Shown one piece after another: positions 50,885 through 63,900 of a DNA stretch of 64,000 nucleotides (position 1 is its first letter; each line of letters begins with the position of its first letter). Source of the stretch: Hypanus sabinus (Eukaryota); the NCBI RefSeq assembly GCF_030144855.1, contig NC_082732.1, positions 30,690,001 through 30,754,000 on the forward strand, written 5' to 3'. The translations under genes were made by a program, and so were the position numbers. The notes beneath the pieces were generated by a model, which did not search any database, had not been told where the DNA came from, and worked only from the letters and a program-made list of their open reading frames with translations.

Positions 50885-51580
50885 ATAGTTCTTTATTGAT
50901 CCCAAAGGAAATATCCATGTGTAGGATTGCAAGTGTACAGATATACAAATGTACAAATACTAGAGGAGAAGTAAGAAAGAATTAAAAAAAAGTTACCTCA
51001 AACAGTCTAACATGAGGGGGTCATCACTTTCCTAGCGGTAGGTTGACTCATTACAGAGCCTAATGGCCGAGGTTAAGAATGACTTTGTATGGTGCTCTTT
51101 GGAGCAGCGCAGTTGTCTTAGTCTAGTACTAATAGTGCTCCTCTACTCAGCCAAGGTGGCATGCAGAGGGTGAGAAACATTGTCTAGAATTCCCAGGATT
51201 TTCCATAGGATCCTTTGTTCTACCACAGCCTCAAGTGTGTCCAATTTGATTCTTATAACAGAGCCAGCCTTTCCAATCAGTTTATTGAGCCTGTTGACAT
51301 TGCCCATGTGATGCCATTGCCCCAGCAGGCCACCATATAGAAGATTGTACTGGTGACAACATGTGAACATGCCTGCATACTCCAAAGGACTCAGGAAGTA
51401 GAGGCGACTCTGGCCCTTCTTGTACACAGCCTCTGTGTTGGTGCTCCACTCGAGTCTGTCATCCAAGTGCACCCCAGGAACTTGTAGGTCCTCACCACAT
51501 CCATACCCTCACCATCAATAATAAGAGGGAGCAATGCCAGCGTAGTCTTCCTAAAGTTCATCACCATCTCCTTTGTCTTA
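50885..51580 (-). mobile_element. Rex1 LINE 3' fragment
   Basis: ORF 51143-51472 reads HLDDRLEWSTNTEAVYKKGQSRLYFL...ILDNVSHPLH. Confidence 0.9.
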
Positions 51581-52264
51581 CCTGGAGTATCGAAGTTAAT
51601 TTAAATCAGTTTTCACTTGTGCACTGTGAAATTCACCCACACAATAAGAGGAACTTAAAGAGCAATGGCGGAAAATTGGCGTTTTATATCTGCAGAGAAA
51701 ATATTTCAGAATATAACCTTCTGTAATGCATGTTTTAACAAAGATCCCACAGTGACCTGCTGGAAACAAGGTATTATACACAGTCAGGTTACACACTGAA
51801 CGGTGAAAGATGTCCACTGATAAGCCTATTTTGACATTGACTGTAGCTAGACTAAAATATATTATTCTTCAAAGCATTCATAGTGAATTATAGTTTCCAT
51901 TGTGGCCTGAATTTAAAGAGACAGTGTCTTTATTTTCCAAACACTTTCATTTGTTTGCAAGTGTTTATCTTTTTTTATCCTCGTTTGCTGACATTTTCTG
52001 GGAATAGATTCACAGTTGGCAATTGCAGTAGTATTTCACTACATAGTCATTTATCAAATAGGTGTGTTAGGATATTGGCTGTGTAACTAGCGATTCTGAG
52101 GACTTGTTGAAAGGGAGCAATGAAGTAAGATTAAAGGAGATTTGTGTAGAGCACTGGCAATGGCATCAACCTATTGGGCTGAATAACTTTCTTCTGTACC
52201 ATAATTTCAAAGTAGTACACTGTCCATACTTCAACACAGTGAATTTTGCAATTCAATTAAGTAA

Positions 52265-54085
52265 TTCTCAAGTTCAATTTTATTGTCATTAAACCGTACA
52301 CACATATACCATCAAATGAAACAACATTCCTCCGGTTCAAGGCGCCCAACATAATACATGCAGGATAAATCATACCCAACACGTAAGTAATGGTACCACA
52401 AATAGATTAACAAATAATAAGGAGCATTCATGTCACAAGTTAAAAACTAAACTGTATAACGGTACTGGTGCTGCATATGTGATGGTGGAAGGGGGTTCAG
52501 TATTCTCACAGCCTGGAGGAAGTTGCTGTTCCCTATCCTAATAGTCCTTGACCTAATGCTATGGCATCTCCTGCCTGATGGTAGAACATCAAGGAAATTG
52601 TTGGACGGATGAGAAGGACCATTGACAATGCTGAGGGTTCTGCGTATGCAGTGCTTTTGATAAATTCTTCTGATGGGCAGAAGAGAGACCTTGATGATTC
52701 TGTCAGCAGTCCTTGCAATCCTTGGTAAGGACTTACAGTCACATGCCTTGCAATTTCTGTATCAGACAGTGCTGTATCTGGTCCAGACACTCTTAATGGT
52801 GCTCCTGTAAAAATTGATTAGAATTGAGGAGGGGGGGAGGAGAGGCAGCCTCGCTCACCTCAATCAACTCAGGAAGTGGAGATGCTGTTGTGCTTTCTTG
52901 ACCAAAGTGAATTGAATTGACTTTATTTCTTACATCCTTCACATACATGTGGAGTAAAAGTCTTTATGTTATGTCTCTGTCTAAATATGCAATACACAAT
53001 CGTAGTAATTTATAATACATAGAGCAATCAATGTAATAGAGAATACACTATACAGCGTGAGTTAATCAGTCTGATGGCCTGATGGAAGAAGCTGTCCCGG
53101 AGACTGTTGGTCCAGGTTTTTATGCTGCGGTACCGTTTCCCGGATGGTAGCAGTTGGGATAGATTATGGTTAGGGTGACTCGGGTCCCCAATTATCCTAC
53201 GGGCCCTTTTTACACACCTGTCCTTGTAAATGACCTGAATCATGGGAAGTTCACAACTACAGATGCACTGGACTGTCCACACCACTCTCTGCAGAGTCCT
53301 GCAATTAAGGGAGGTACAGTTCCCATACCAGGGAGTGAAAAAAAAACAGCCAGGATACTCTCAATTGTGCCCCTCTAGAAAGTTTTTAGGATTTGGGGGC
53401 CCATACCAAACTTCATCAACCATCTGAGGTGAAAGAGGCACTGTTGTGCCTTTATCACCACACAGCTGGTGTGTATAGACCACGTGAGTTCCTCAATGAT
53501 GTGGATGCCGAGGAACTTCAAGCTGTTTACCCTCTCAACCCCAAATCCATTGATGTCAATAGGGGTTAGCCCTACTCCATTCCTCCTGTAGTCCACAACC
53601 AGCTCCTTTGTTTGTTTAACATTGAGGGAGAGGTTGTTTTCTTGACACCACTGTGTCAGAGAGATGACTTCTTCCCTGCAGGCCACCTCATTATTTTTTG
53701 AGATAAGGCCAAGCAATGTGGTGTCATCGGCAAATTTAATTAGCCCATTAGAGCTGTGGGTGGTGACACAGTCATGGGTATACAGGGAGTAAAGGAGGGG
53801 ACTCAGTACACAGCCCTGAGGGGCTCCTGTATTGAGAGTCAGAGAGGTGAAGGTGAGGGATCCTTCTCTTACCTTTAGCTGACGATCTGACAGGAAGTCC
53901 AGGATCCAGCTTCACAAGGCTCTAAGCTTCTTGTTGAGCCTGGATTGAACTATGGTGTTGAATGCTGAACTGTAGTCGAAGAACAGCATTCTCACATAAG
54001 TATCCTTCTTCTCCAGATATGTAATGTCTAGTGATGTTGAGGGACCAGGTGAGGTCCTCTTTTATGTGTACTTCCAGAAACAACA
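52265..54085 (-). mobile_element. Nested Rex1/Babar-type LINE fragments (inner copy ~52908-54020)
   Basis: ORF 53375-53716 reads LTQWCQENNLSLNVKQTKELVVDYR..KFLGIHI; ORF 53028-53285 is also Rex1-like. Upstream it encodes KFADDTT. Confidence 0.92.
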
Positions 54086-54444
54086 TTCTGGTAGTATTTG
54101 GGGTAAAATTGTGAATGAACTTGCTTGTTTCTGGCCCAGAACTAACAGCAGGATTGGAAAAAAAACACACAACTTTTTTAAGGTAATAGGTTTTTAGGGT
54201 CTGATTTGTGTTAGTAGGAATATTACCTATGACATTAAAATGTCTCCTCAGTTTTTGTAATAGAAGTTTTAGATTTCTGCTAAAGCTTTGAAGCCGAAGT
54301 ACTTTACTCCCCTTTGGAATTTAATGCTCTTAATTTTGAGATAGTAGAGTCTTTGTTTTCAACAGCACTGATTGGTTGCATGTGAATGTGAAATTCAATT
54401 GAATATTAACCTTTCTTTCTGATAAAAGCATTCAAAATGTCGTT

Positions 54445-54580
54445 GGCAACACGAGTGAATCTGCAGATGCTGGAAATAAATAAAAAAGCACAAAATGCTG
54501 GCAGAACTCAGCAGGCCAGACAGCATCAATGGGAGGAGGTAGTGACGACGTTTCAGGCCAAAACCCTTTATTAGGAGGGT
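54445..54580 (-). mobile_element. Penelope-like terminus
   Basis: ctgcagatgctggaaat..aaaatgctggcagaactcagcaggcc..gacgtttcaggccaaaaccc. Confidence 0.8.
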
Positions 54581-55527
54581 TAAAATGTCATTGCATGCCC
54601 GATGGAAATCCTCCCCCACCCCTTTAGCCCTATAATATGCCTTCTACTGCTCTCAATAAAGAATAATGACTTAATTATGAGAAAATGCTGGGAGAACTCA
54701 TCAAGTCAAGTAGCATCTGTGAAATGGAATAAACAGTCGGCATTTTGGGTGTAAATGACTTTGACATGGTGCAGGAAATTGCTGTAGATTAATTTAATTA
54801 ATTAATTAACAAAGAAGCAAAAAAAAAATCTGAAAGAATATATGTAACAGAGTAGGACTGAACTTGACCAAGAGAAAATTTAGTCTTCTCTTTATCTTTT
54901 GTCTTCACAGTGTCTCTATGGCTGCTATGTCCACTCTTCCATTATCCCCACTTTCCACCGGAGGTGCTATTGGCTTCTTCAGGTAGGAGATGATTTGATA
55001 TTATTTTGTGAAATGTGGCTATGAAAACTAGCCCATATAGCACTGCAAGATAGTGTTTAGTGTATTTCTACTACCATCTGCTCATTTGGGGCAGAATTTT
55101 CATTGCGACTCTTTGGTGGAATTCCTTTGCACTTGGCTTTCACATCATTGGATCAGCCAGATTCCTGATTACTTCTGCCCATTGAAAATATGTTCCTTCA
55201 GATGCTTTTCAAATATCTGTTTGGTTCCTTGGTTTTGTAATATTTCTCAAAAATAATGTACTAACTTGAGACATTAATGTAAAGTACTGTAACTTCTTGG
55301 GCCCCTTTTTGTTTCAGTATTTCTTGGCAAAAGCTCCTTGTGCTGGATTTCACATTATGGAATTGAAACAACAATTAGCAGATTAATGTAATCATTGGTA
55401 TGGTCAAGGTGGACTAAAGAGCCTGTGTTGTGCTACAAAACTCAATGAATTGCACTGGGGAAATGGGACAGTAAAAATCTGAGGACATGGTTCCTTCCAT
55501 GGTCTGAATGAAGCGTACAAGTTCCAG

Positions 55528-56460
55528 AAGGCACTTGGAGTATTGTGAGCAGGTTTGGGCCTCTTATCCAAGAAATGATGTGCTGGCATTGGAGAGGGTC
55601 CAGAGGAGGTTCATGAGAATGAGCCCAGGAATGAAAGGGTTAATGTATGAAGAGCGTTTGATGGCTTTGAGCATCTACACTGGAGCTTAGAAGAATGGGG
55701 GGATCTCATTGAGACTATTGAATATTGAAGTCTAGAAAAAGTGGATGTGGAGAGGATAATTTCTTTAATGGAGGAGTCTCGGACCAGAGGGCACAGTCTC
55801 AGAATAGAGGGACATTGATTTAGAACATAGTTGAGGAAAAATTTCTTTAGCCAGAGGATGGTCAATCTGTGGAATTCATTGCCAAGTCACTTTTTATACT
55901 TAAGATGGAGGTTGATAAGGTCTTAATTATTCTGTGCATCAAAGTTATGGGGAGAAGGCAGGAGAATGGGGTTGAGAGAGGTAATAAATCAGTCAAGTCA
56001 AGTCACTTTTATTGTCATTTCGACCATAACTGCTGGTACAGTACATAGTAAAAATGAGACAATGTTTTTCAGGACCATGGTGTTACATGACACAGTGCCA
56101 AAACTAGACTGAACTACGTAAAAAACAACACAGAGAAAGCTACACTAGACTACAGACCAACACAGGACTGCATAAGGTGCACAAAAACAGTGCAGGCATT
56201 ACAATAAATAATAAGCAGGACAATAGGGCAAGGTGTCAGTCCAGGCTTCGGGTATTGAGGAGTCTGATAGCTTGGGGGAAGAAACTGTTACATAGTCCGG
56301 TCGTGAGAGCCCGAATGCTTCGGAGCCTTTTCCCAGACAGCAGGAGGGAGGAGAGATTGTTTGAGGGGTGCATGGGGTCCTTCATAACACTGTCATAATG
56401 GAATGATGGAGTAGGCTCAAAGGGCTGAATTCCTAATCCTGCTCTTATATCTTATGGTCA
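55528..56460 (+). mobile_element. CR1 3' fragment with a nested Rex1-type 3' end (-, ~55992-56392)
   Basis: Encodes HLEYCEQVWASYPRNDVLALERVQRRFMRM. The insert begins (AGTCA)n ctttttattgtcatt, and the CR1 tail resumes at ~56393. Confidence 0.9.
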
Positions 56461-56979
56461 AATGTGGACTGCTGTCATTTGACAGTGTATCAATCAGGCA
56501 GAATGATAATCTATCTTGGCCAGTAGTATACTTCAGGTGTTGTATATTGGAGAGGTATATATCAAGTGCTTATTGTTCAGAGTGTATTGAATATTGTATT
56601 TATTGGGTTGGAAGTGACTTTCAGCTATGGATTATGTGAGGCAATGTATGTGATAGATGAAGTTTGCACTTAGTGTATAAAGGTGAGATGTGTAGTTAGT
56701 TGGGTATGTGGTGAACGGGATCTGCTTAAGTAGGTACTTATTTCAGGGAATCCACGGGGATGGTGTAAATTAGCAGTGAAAAGACATTGAAGAGGTTCAT
56801 ATATCACTTTGGATGGTTAGACAGAACATATACTAGTGTAGTATATATTTGATGAGTTGCTTCGAAAGCAGTCTTATATAAAAGGGGTTGCATATCAATA
56901 TAGCTTGAATTTATAAATTACTGGGGTGTAAATTGAGCTGGTTATCAATAAAATGAGTTTGTATCAGGATTTGGTATGA

Positions 56980-57108
56980 ATAAACTGTTCTCAGGCTTTC
57001 AGCCTGGCACAGGTATCGATTTTAACTGATATTTCGATGACAAACTCTGCCATCTTCATGAAGAAACATTGGTTCAAGTTGATACCTGGAAGCCTGAGAA
57101 GAGTTTAT
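56980..57108. repeat. Fold-back element with a hammerhead-like centre (second family)
   Basis: Arms ataaactgttctcaggctttcag / ctggaagcctgagaagagtttat and aggtatcgattttaactgatatttc / gaaacattggttcaagttgatacct. Confidence 0.65.
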
Positions 57109-59500
57109 TTGTCATATATGCCAGAAAAGTGCAAGATCCTTTTTCAGGATCGTTTCTGATGAGGCAGAGTTTATGCATTGTGGTAGAACCAGAGGGTGCA
57201 AATGTGAAAATATTGGATGGATTTTAATCAGGACAGTGCAAATGTTGCTTATCAAAGCTTATTGGAGACATGGATATGGGAGTGATGAATTTCTGAATTG
57301 GGTAGTGGTTTATTAGGCATACAGATGATGATGAATGGATAGAAAATGCAAGATACAAAAAATATTTTCCTTTTATGCTCTACACTCCTTCCTTCCACTT
57401 CTCTCTCCACCCCTTCTTCACTCCTATCCCTGCCACCTTGTTACCCTCTGCTCTTTCTTCTCTTCAGTTTTCTCTTTCTTAATCTTTCCTCTGCTATTTA
57501 CTTACCCCAAATCCCCTAGTTCCTCATTTCCTGTACCACTGTCTGTTTGCTCTTGTGCCTCTATAACGGAGGGAAAGATCCCAGAGAACTTGATAACAGC
57601 ACTGCAGCGGCCTGCTAATTAAAGGGAGTGAGTGGGTGAGAATGGGATTGAATTCCTTTCTGCCAAGTTTTTATCTGTCGAGAAAGGCACAGGCTGTGGA
57701 GCCATTAACAAATGTATCTCAGCAAGACTTCCAAGCTGTGATAGAGAATAAAGGGAGTACCCCTTTCCTCATGACGCCCTGTGGTTCCCCTGCCACATTG
57801 GCATGTTATATACCTTTCAAATGTTTGCACAGTACGGATCAATTTAGATGAAAACAGCTAGTTGTGATGAGGCCCTGTTGGCATGATCTAGATGGACATG
57901 ATCAATAACAAAGGCAGCACAGAGCATAGCAACAATAAAATAATGTACACTGCCAACAAGGAGAGAAATTAAATAATGCATCTTGAGTAAATGGTCTCAC
58001 AACAAAAACAGTACACATAAAGCAGCTGGGCTTTGAGGCACAGTTAACTAAGAGAAGCTATCCTAAAGATAATCCTGATTATCTCTTGCTGTCGCTGGCC
58101 ACACTGCAGCGCTTGATAATCAGAGGATATATTAAAGGCGATTGGCAAAAGAGGCAGAGACAGCATAAGGAAAAACCTTATTTTCACAGTGAGTTGTTAG
58201 GATTAGGAATGCACTGCCTGGCTCAGTGGAAGCTTTCAAAGGGGAATTCGATAAGAAATTGCAGCACAATGAGGAAAGAGGACAGGATTGAACGAACAAA
58301 GAAGAGATGGCACAGTCCAAGTGGACTCCCTTCTGTGGTTTTCTCTGATACTGCACCCATTGTAGTAAGAGAAAAAGAAAAAAAAACAAATGTGTTTGTC
58401 ATTTAGATTCAATTAGTGTATGAGTGAGGGTTTGAAGAACAGTCTGTGCTGAAAGTCTTATCACCAGCTCTGTCAGATCCCATGTTGTAAAGAGACTAGC
58501 CAACAAAGTATCACAGAAAGGTTACATTGCAGGGTAAGGTCATTCAGCCCATCAAATCGGTGCTGCACTGTACGAGAGCAATCCATAAAGTCCCACTCTC
58601 CTGCCTGTGTCTAACAGCTTATTAATTCTTCGAAACTGAAGCACTCATCTGGCAAATATTGCAGACTTCATAGCTTCTCTGTAGTGCTTCGCAGTAGGCT
58701 TTGTACCCTAGATTTTGGGAAACTGCAAAGATCTCACAGTGTGGTAGAGAATGGGTTTGTGAGCATAGTGAGCTGGAGGGAGAAACTAGGGCTCTGCAAA
58801 TTAGTTTGTATTCAGGGAGTAAGAAAGACATAGAGGTTTGAAAGAACCAAGAAGGAAATATTTATTTAAAAACTGGCAGTGTGGTAGTGCCAGTTACATT
58901 GAGAGGGAAAAGTTCCATGGGGATATAGGCTACAACATACTTTTCCTGGGTCTGACTGAAGATAGGGAGATAACTGAATAAGGTGGGGAAATCATCCAGG
59001 AGATAATCTTGAGCAATGAAAGATGAGGAATCAGCTAGGGTCTTGGAGAAAGTTCTCTATTCCTTGTACCATATACAAATGAGGTTATGGGAAGCAAGAA
59101 GAAGGGCAGGAACCAGGATAATAGCTCATCACACAGGTCCATTGGATAGGAATAACCAACAGTCACAAACTCTGCATTGTGAGACCAGGATAAAAAAATG
59201 AGAGGGGTTGGATTTTCATTATCAGATGCAAAATTAAGAATAAATCTGTGTGAAATTTAACTGCCTGCGACTCCCCACCAAGAAATGGCTATTGGCCTGC
59301 AGGGGCAGGTGGGAGTGACCTTGCGCTGTGCAGGGTTGGAGGAAATGTGGGCGAAATTGGGTCTCAACTCTTATAGGGAACACCTCTGCTCCATGTGAGC
59401 CTTCACGGTGCATAACATAGTGTTTATGGGTTCAGTTGCACCATTGCAGTTGGTGAGGACACGCGCCTGCACACAGGCCGCAAAACACAAGCACAAAGCG

Positions 59501-59502
<2 letters not shown>

Positions 59503-59547
<45 letters not shown>
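59503..59547. repeat. (CA)n microsatellite
   Basis: Seen directly. Confidence 0.98.
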
Positions 59548-59548
<1 letters not shown>

Positions 59549-60219
59549 CATCACAGTGTAGGATAATGGCAAAGATGCTTGGATGCAGACGAGACATCAG
59601 AGTTAAATCGGCCAGTGGAGTTCAAAGATGATTGTTCACGGTTAGGAGGTCAGCTGCGAGGAGAGGAGATCTTCTCACCTGCTTTTATTGCATCTGCTCT
59701 GTTGGCTGTTTCCCAAAATATTTTGGCAGATCATCAAAAAGAGAGACTTGAGAATCATTAACAATAATCAGATCTGAGAGAGGTGCAAGGAATATGCAGC
59801 TGATTAAAAGTGACAGCTTTTATTATTGTTTTGGGACTAAGTTTAGAGAAGGTACATGGAGAATATTCTGGAACTCAATTTGCACAGGCTTTGAAGCATG
59901 GACTTTAATAGCTAACAGACTGGAATCATTTTTTCCCTCAAAGATACATGTATAAGCAAACAAATAGATTTGTTTTCTCTTAAACGATGCCAATAGTTCA
60001 ATTGGCAAACCTGCAGTCCCGACTCTTCAGTTTAACCTCCAGTGTAGGCTGTGCTACTGTTCTCCCTTTTCTGCAATGAGTTTACTATTCCTTTAGATGA
60101 TTATTTTTTGCATTCTCTCCTCTTCCCATTGACTTGGATCTCATACTTTAGAATCTTTGGCAACTCATGATTCTCTCCCTAAAATCACCTGCATCAGCCA
60201 ACCTTTCAAATATCTGTCT

Positions 60220-61070
60220 TAGAACACAGAACATCGAAGAGTGCAGCACAGCAACAGGCCATTCAGCCCGTAATGTTGTGCTGAACCAGATAAAAAGCAA
60301 ATCAAAAATACCCAAACTCTACCTACTCCTACCTACATCATGGTCATATTCCTCCACTTTGTTACATCCATGTGCCTATCCAAGCAATTCCTAAAAGCCT
60401 CTAATGTACTTCCCTCTACCGCCATACTGAGCAGCACATTCCAGGCATCCATGACTCTCTAAGTTAAAAAGCATCCCCCTTGAACCTACCTGCCCCCCCA
60501 TCTTCAATGCATGCCCTCTGGTATAAGACATTTCAACCCTGGGAAACAGTTACTCCCTGTCCACTCAGACTATGCCTATCATAATCTTATAAACCTCTTA
60601 CAGATATTCCCTCAGCCTCCGATGCTCCTGAGAAAACAACCCAAGTTTATCCAGCCGCTCGTGTTAGCAAATGCCCTCTGAACTAGGCAGCATCCTGGTA
60701 AATCTCTTCTTCACCCTCTCCAAAGCCTCAACATCCTTCCTACAGGGGGGGTGACCAGAAATATATGCAATACCCCAGATGAGGCCTAACCAGCCTTTAT
60801 AAAATGCAACATAACCTCCTGACTTTTGAACTCAGTGCCTCAACTACTAAAAGCAAGCATTCCATAAGCCTTCTTAACCACCTTATCAACCTGTGTAGCC
60901 ACTTTCAAGGAGCTATCAATTTGGATCCTAAGATCGCTCAGCCGAGCAACATTGTTAAGGACCTTGTCCTTAACAGTGTGTTGTCTCCTTGCGTTTGCCC
61001 TACCGAGGAGAAACACCTCACATTTATCTGGGTTAAACTCCATCTGCCATTTTTGCAACTGGTCTATATC
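60220..61070 (-). mobile_element. CR1 3' fragment
   Basis: ORF 60840-61184 reads KWQMEFNPDKCEV..SLKVATQVDKVVKKAYGMLAF. Tail is agaacacagaacat. Confidence 0.92.
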
Positions 61071-61284
61071 GTGCTTTTGGAATGTGTTGTTTTCCTCATG
61101 CTTCTGTGATGTACCAGAGGATGCCTTTTCTACACAACAGCATGCAGTTTGCTGTCGGTGGGTGACCACTACTTCTTTTTTCAATCCCTCTGTTCCATGA
61201 AGAAGAGATTGCCAAGATATTTACCCTTGCTCGTTAAGCAATAGCTGTTGAAACATGTAAAGCTATGGGGGTTAGGATCAGATA

Positions 61285-62040
61285 TACAAGAGACTACAGA
61301 TGCTGAAACCTGGAACAACAAAAAAACAAACTGAGGGTGGAACTCAGTGAATCAGGCTACATTTAAAGAGGGAAAGGAATAGGATGTTTTAGATCGAGAC
61401 CCTACTTCTGGACTGAGAGCGGAGAGGAAGGATTGCGAGTATAAAGGGGAGAAGGGAAGGGATTAGGTAGGGGCTGGTAGGTGTTTGCTGGACCTAGATG
61501 CAGAGAGGAATGATGAGTAAATGGAGCTCCATGGGTGAGCGGGAGGGGCGGAATTGGGAGATAGGCATTTGGAAAATGATAAGAAATATATAGGACAGAA
61601 AGAACCCGGTTGGGAGAGGGAAAGGTCAGTATCGAACCTGAAACTTGACAATGATAAGTGGAGCACAAGAGGAGCAAATGCTGGACTCTAATTAGTAAAG
61701 GTGATGTGGAACCAAATAAGGGAATGCTGATGAGCAGCCAGAATCCAGATAGAAGAGGAGATAGAAGTGTGGGGAAAAATGCATGTGTGATAAGTGGATG
61801 GAACCAAGGGGGTGGGGGAGCAAAACAGGGTGGTGGAGGAGGGACTAGAGGGGTGTATGGAAAAATGAGGATGGGAGAACCTAAGTAGATGAGAAGGAGG
61901 AAAAGGTAGAAAAGCAGAGGGAGTGGGGATTATCTGAAGTTGGGACATCCAGTGTTCATACCATTGCGTTGAGGAATACCCAGTCAGGATATGAAGTGCT
62001 ATTCTTCAAGTTTGTGTTTTGGCTTAACCAAGAAGTGGGA
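61285..62040 (-). mobile_element. Penelope-like 3' part, older subfamily
   Basis: Terminus ctacagatgctgaaacc..ggaactcag, hammerhead remnant at ~61383-61414, purine-rich UTR and GIY-YIG tail (KLEE*HFIS*LG). Confidence 0.75.
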
Positions 62041-62759
62041 CCAGCTACTAGAAAGTTATGGATTAACAGGAAGGATCTGTCTTTGCAAGAGTTAAGTATA
62101 TATTTCATCTATGTATATTAATACATATACAGATAGACACAAAGAATAGCAAAGGTAAAATCACAAAGCTGTGGACTCATAGACCATAACATCTTCACAT
62201 TGAAATATATAATTCTTCCTTTATCATCGCTACATATTTATCCTTGAACTCCCAGCCCAGGAAAACTGTGTAAGTGCTTTCACTGGAAGGACTGCAGATA
62301 TTCAAGAAAACAGCTCACCGTCAGCTGCTCAAAAAAAATTATGGAGGAATAATAAATACTAGTCTTGCCAGTGATGTCCGTATGCAAAATAATATATAAA
62401 ACAAAGCAGCTGATACTGTTGTATTTGTATTAGTAACTACATATCTGCAATAATCTGGGGCTGTTGCTGGTTCCTTGGCTGATGAATGATAATTAATGTG
62501 ATTCAGATTAATTAGTTTAGCAAGAAATGTTCTCCTGATACCAGGATTTAAATTCTATACTCTTGTTTTCTGTTTTTACCCTTATTATCAATAGGTCAAT
62601 TTGTGTCTCAGCCCCATTTTTGCTTATTCTGACTCTAAACCCACATGGTTCTGAGATTGCAGACTAACTGTGGGTTCTTGCCACAGAACAGTATTAATTG
62701 AATAGCTGCATTCAAAGGTCGTCACACCAGGCTCAAAAACTTCCAAACCTGGTTGTTAA

Positions 62760-63035
62760 ACTAGCATGGTGGTTAGCAAAATGCTTTACAGTACCAACGA
62801 CCTGGGTTCAATTCCCCACTGCTGCCTGCTAGGAGTTTTATGTTCTCCCTGTGACCACATGGGTTGCCTCTGGGCACTCTGGTTTCCTCCCACTGTCCAA
62901 AGGTATACCAGTTGGTGGGTTAATTGGACATTGTAAATTGACCCATGATTAGGCATGGATTAAATCGGGGGATTGCTTGGCGGCATAGCTTGAAGGCCGG
63001 GAAGGGCCTATTCTGCACTGTAGCTCGGTTAAAGT
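62760..63035 (+). mobile_element. V-SINE
   Basis: tagcatggtggttagc A-box, ggttcaattcc B-box, and V-domain. Confidence 0.9.
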
Positions 63036-63106
63036 TAAAAATGATTCTCTACATTCCAATTAAAGATCAACGTGCCCTGGGATAATGACCTGCAAGCTTT
63101 CAGTTT

Positions 63107-63428
63107 GGGTGCCACGGTAACGTAGTGGTTAGAGGGACGCTGTTACAGCTTGGGGCTTTCTGGAGTTTGGAATTCAATTGCGGTGCCACCGGTACATCCT
63201 TTTCCATGGAATACATTGGTTTTCCCCAGGTGCTCTGGTTTCCTCCCACAGTCCAACCATGTGACAGGTAGAATAAATAGTCATTGTAAATTGTTCATTG
63301 ATTAGGTTAGTGTTAAATTAGGGTTGCTGGAGCAACTTGGGTTGAAGGGCCAGAAGGGCCTACCCAGCACTGTATTACTAAATAAATAAATCAATAAATA
63401 AATAAGCACGCACATAAATAAATAAATA
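63107..63428 (+). mobile_element. V-SINE with (AAAT)n tail
   Basis: ggtaacgtagtggttag head and gtgctctggtttcctcccacagtccaa. Confidence 0.9.
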
Positions 63429-63589
63429 ACCTTTTCTGTACAGAAAACTATCTTTGTTTGCCATTGTTGCTGTTGTTCGAGTTTTGATTCCAGGAGATAG
63501 GAATCCTTGAGCTGATTGATCATACAAAGGATCCCATGGCTGGCCTCTCACCAAACTCAATAAACTTGAGCTCACACAAAACTCTACCA

Positions 63590-63900
63590 CCCACACTCCA
63601 ACTCACTCATGACCTGTTTATTAATTGCTCTGAGCACACTGACCTGCATCAGTCAGACTTCAACAATGCAACAATCTGAAATTCTGCACTTATTTAGATT
63701 TATTCCAAAGTGTGAACCGTCCCCCTGTTTCTGTAATCAGCTCTCTTACACACCTTTGATTTGTTCAGGTTCAGCAGTGTTTAGTTGCCTCATCCCTAAC
63801 TTTGGAGTTCTCTCCCTCAACCTCTCCACACTTCCAGCCAGCTCTCCCTGTTTTTTCAAAATCTGCCTCTTGGCTGATGGCTTGGATTACCTCGCCTCAT
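63590..63900 (+). mobile_element. Old L2-like 3' fragment
   Basis: ccctaactttggagttctctccctcaacctctcc resembles the L2 segment encoding P.LWNSLP. Confidence 0.45.

Noticed and set aside
56460-56975. G/T-rich stretch with hints of periodicity
   Set aside because: No repeat unit could be defined by eye.
59260-59503. GC-richer patch before the (CA)n repeat as a possible promoter
   Set aside because: Too short and too few CpGs for a CpG island, with no linked exon.
62760-62820. tRNA-like A and B boxes (also at ~27870, ~38910, ~39810 and ~63110)
   Set aside because: These are SINE heads that continue into SINE bodies, with no cloverleaf.
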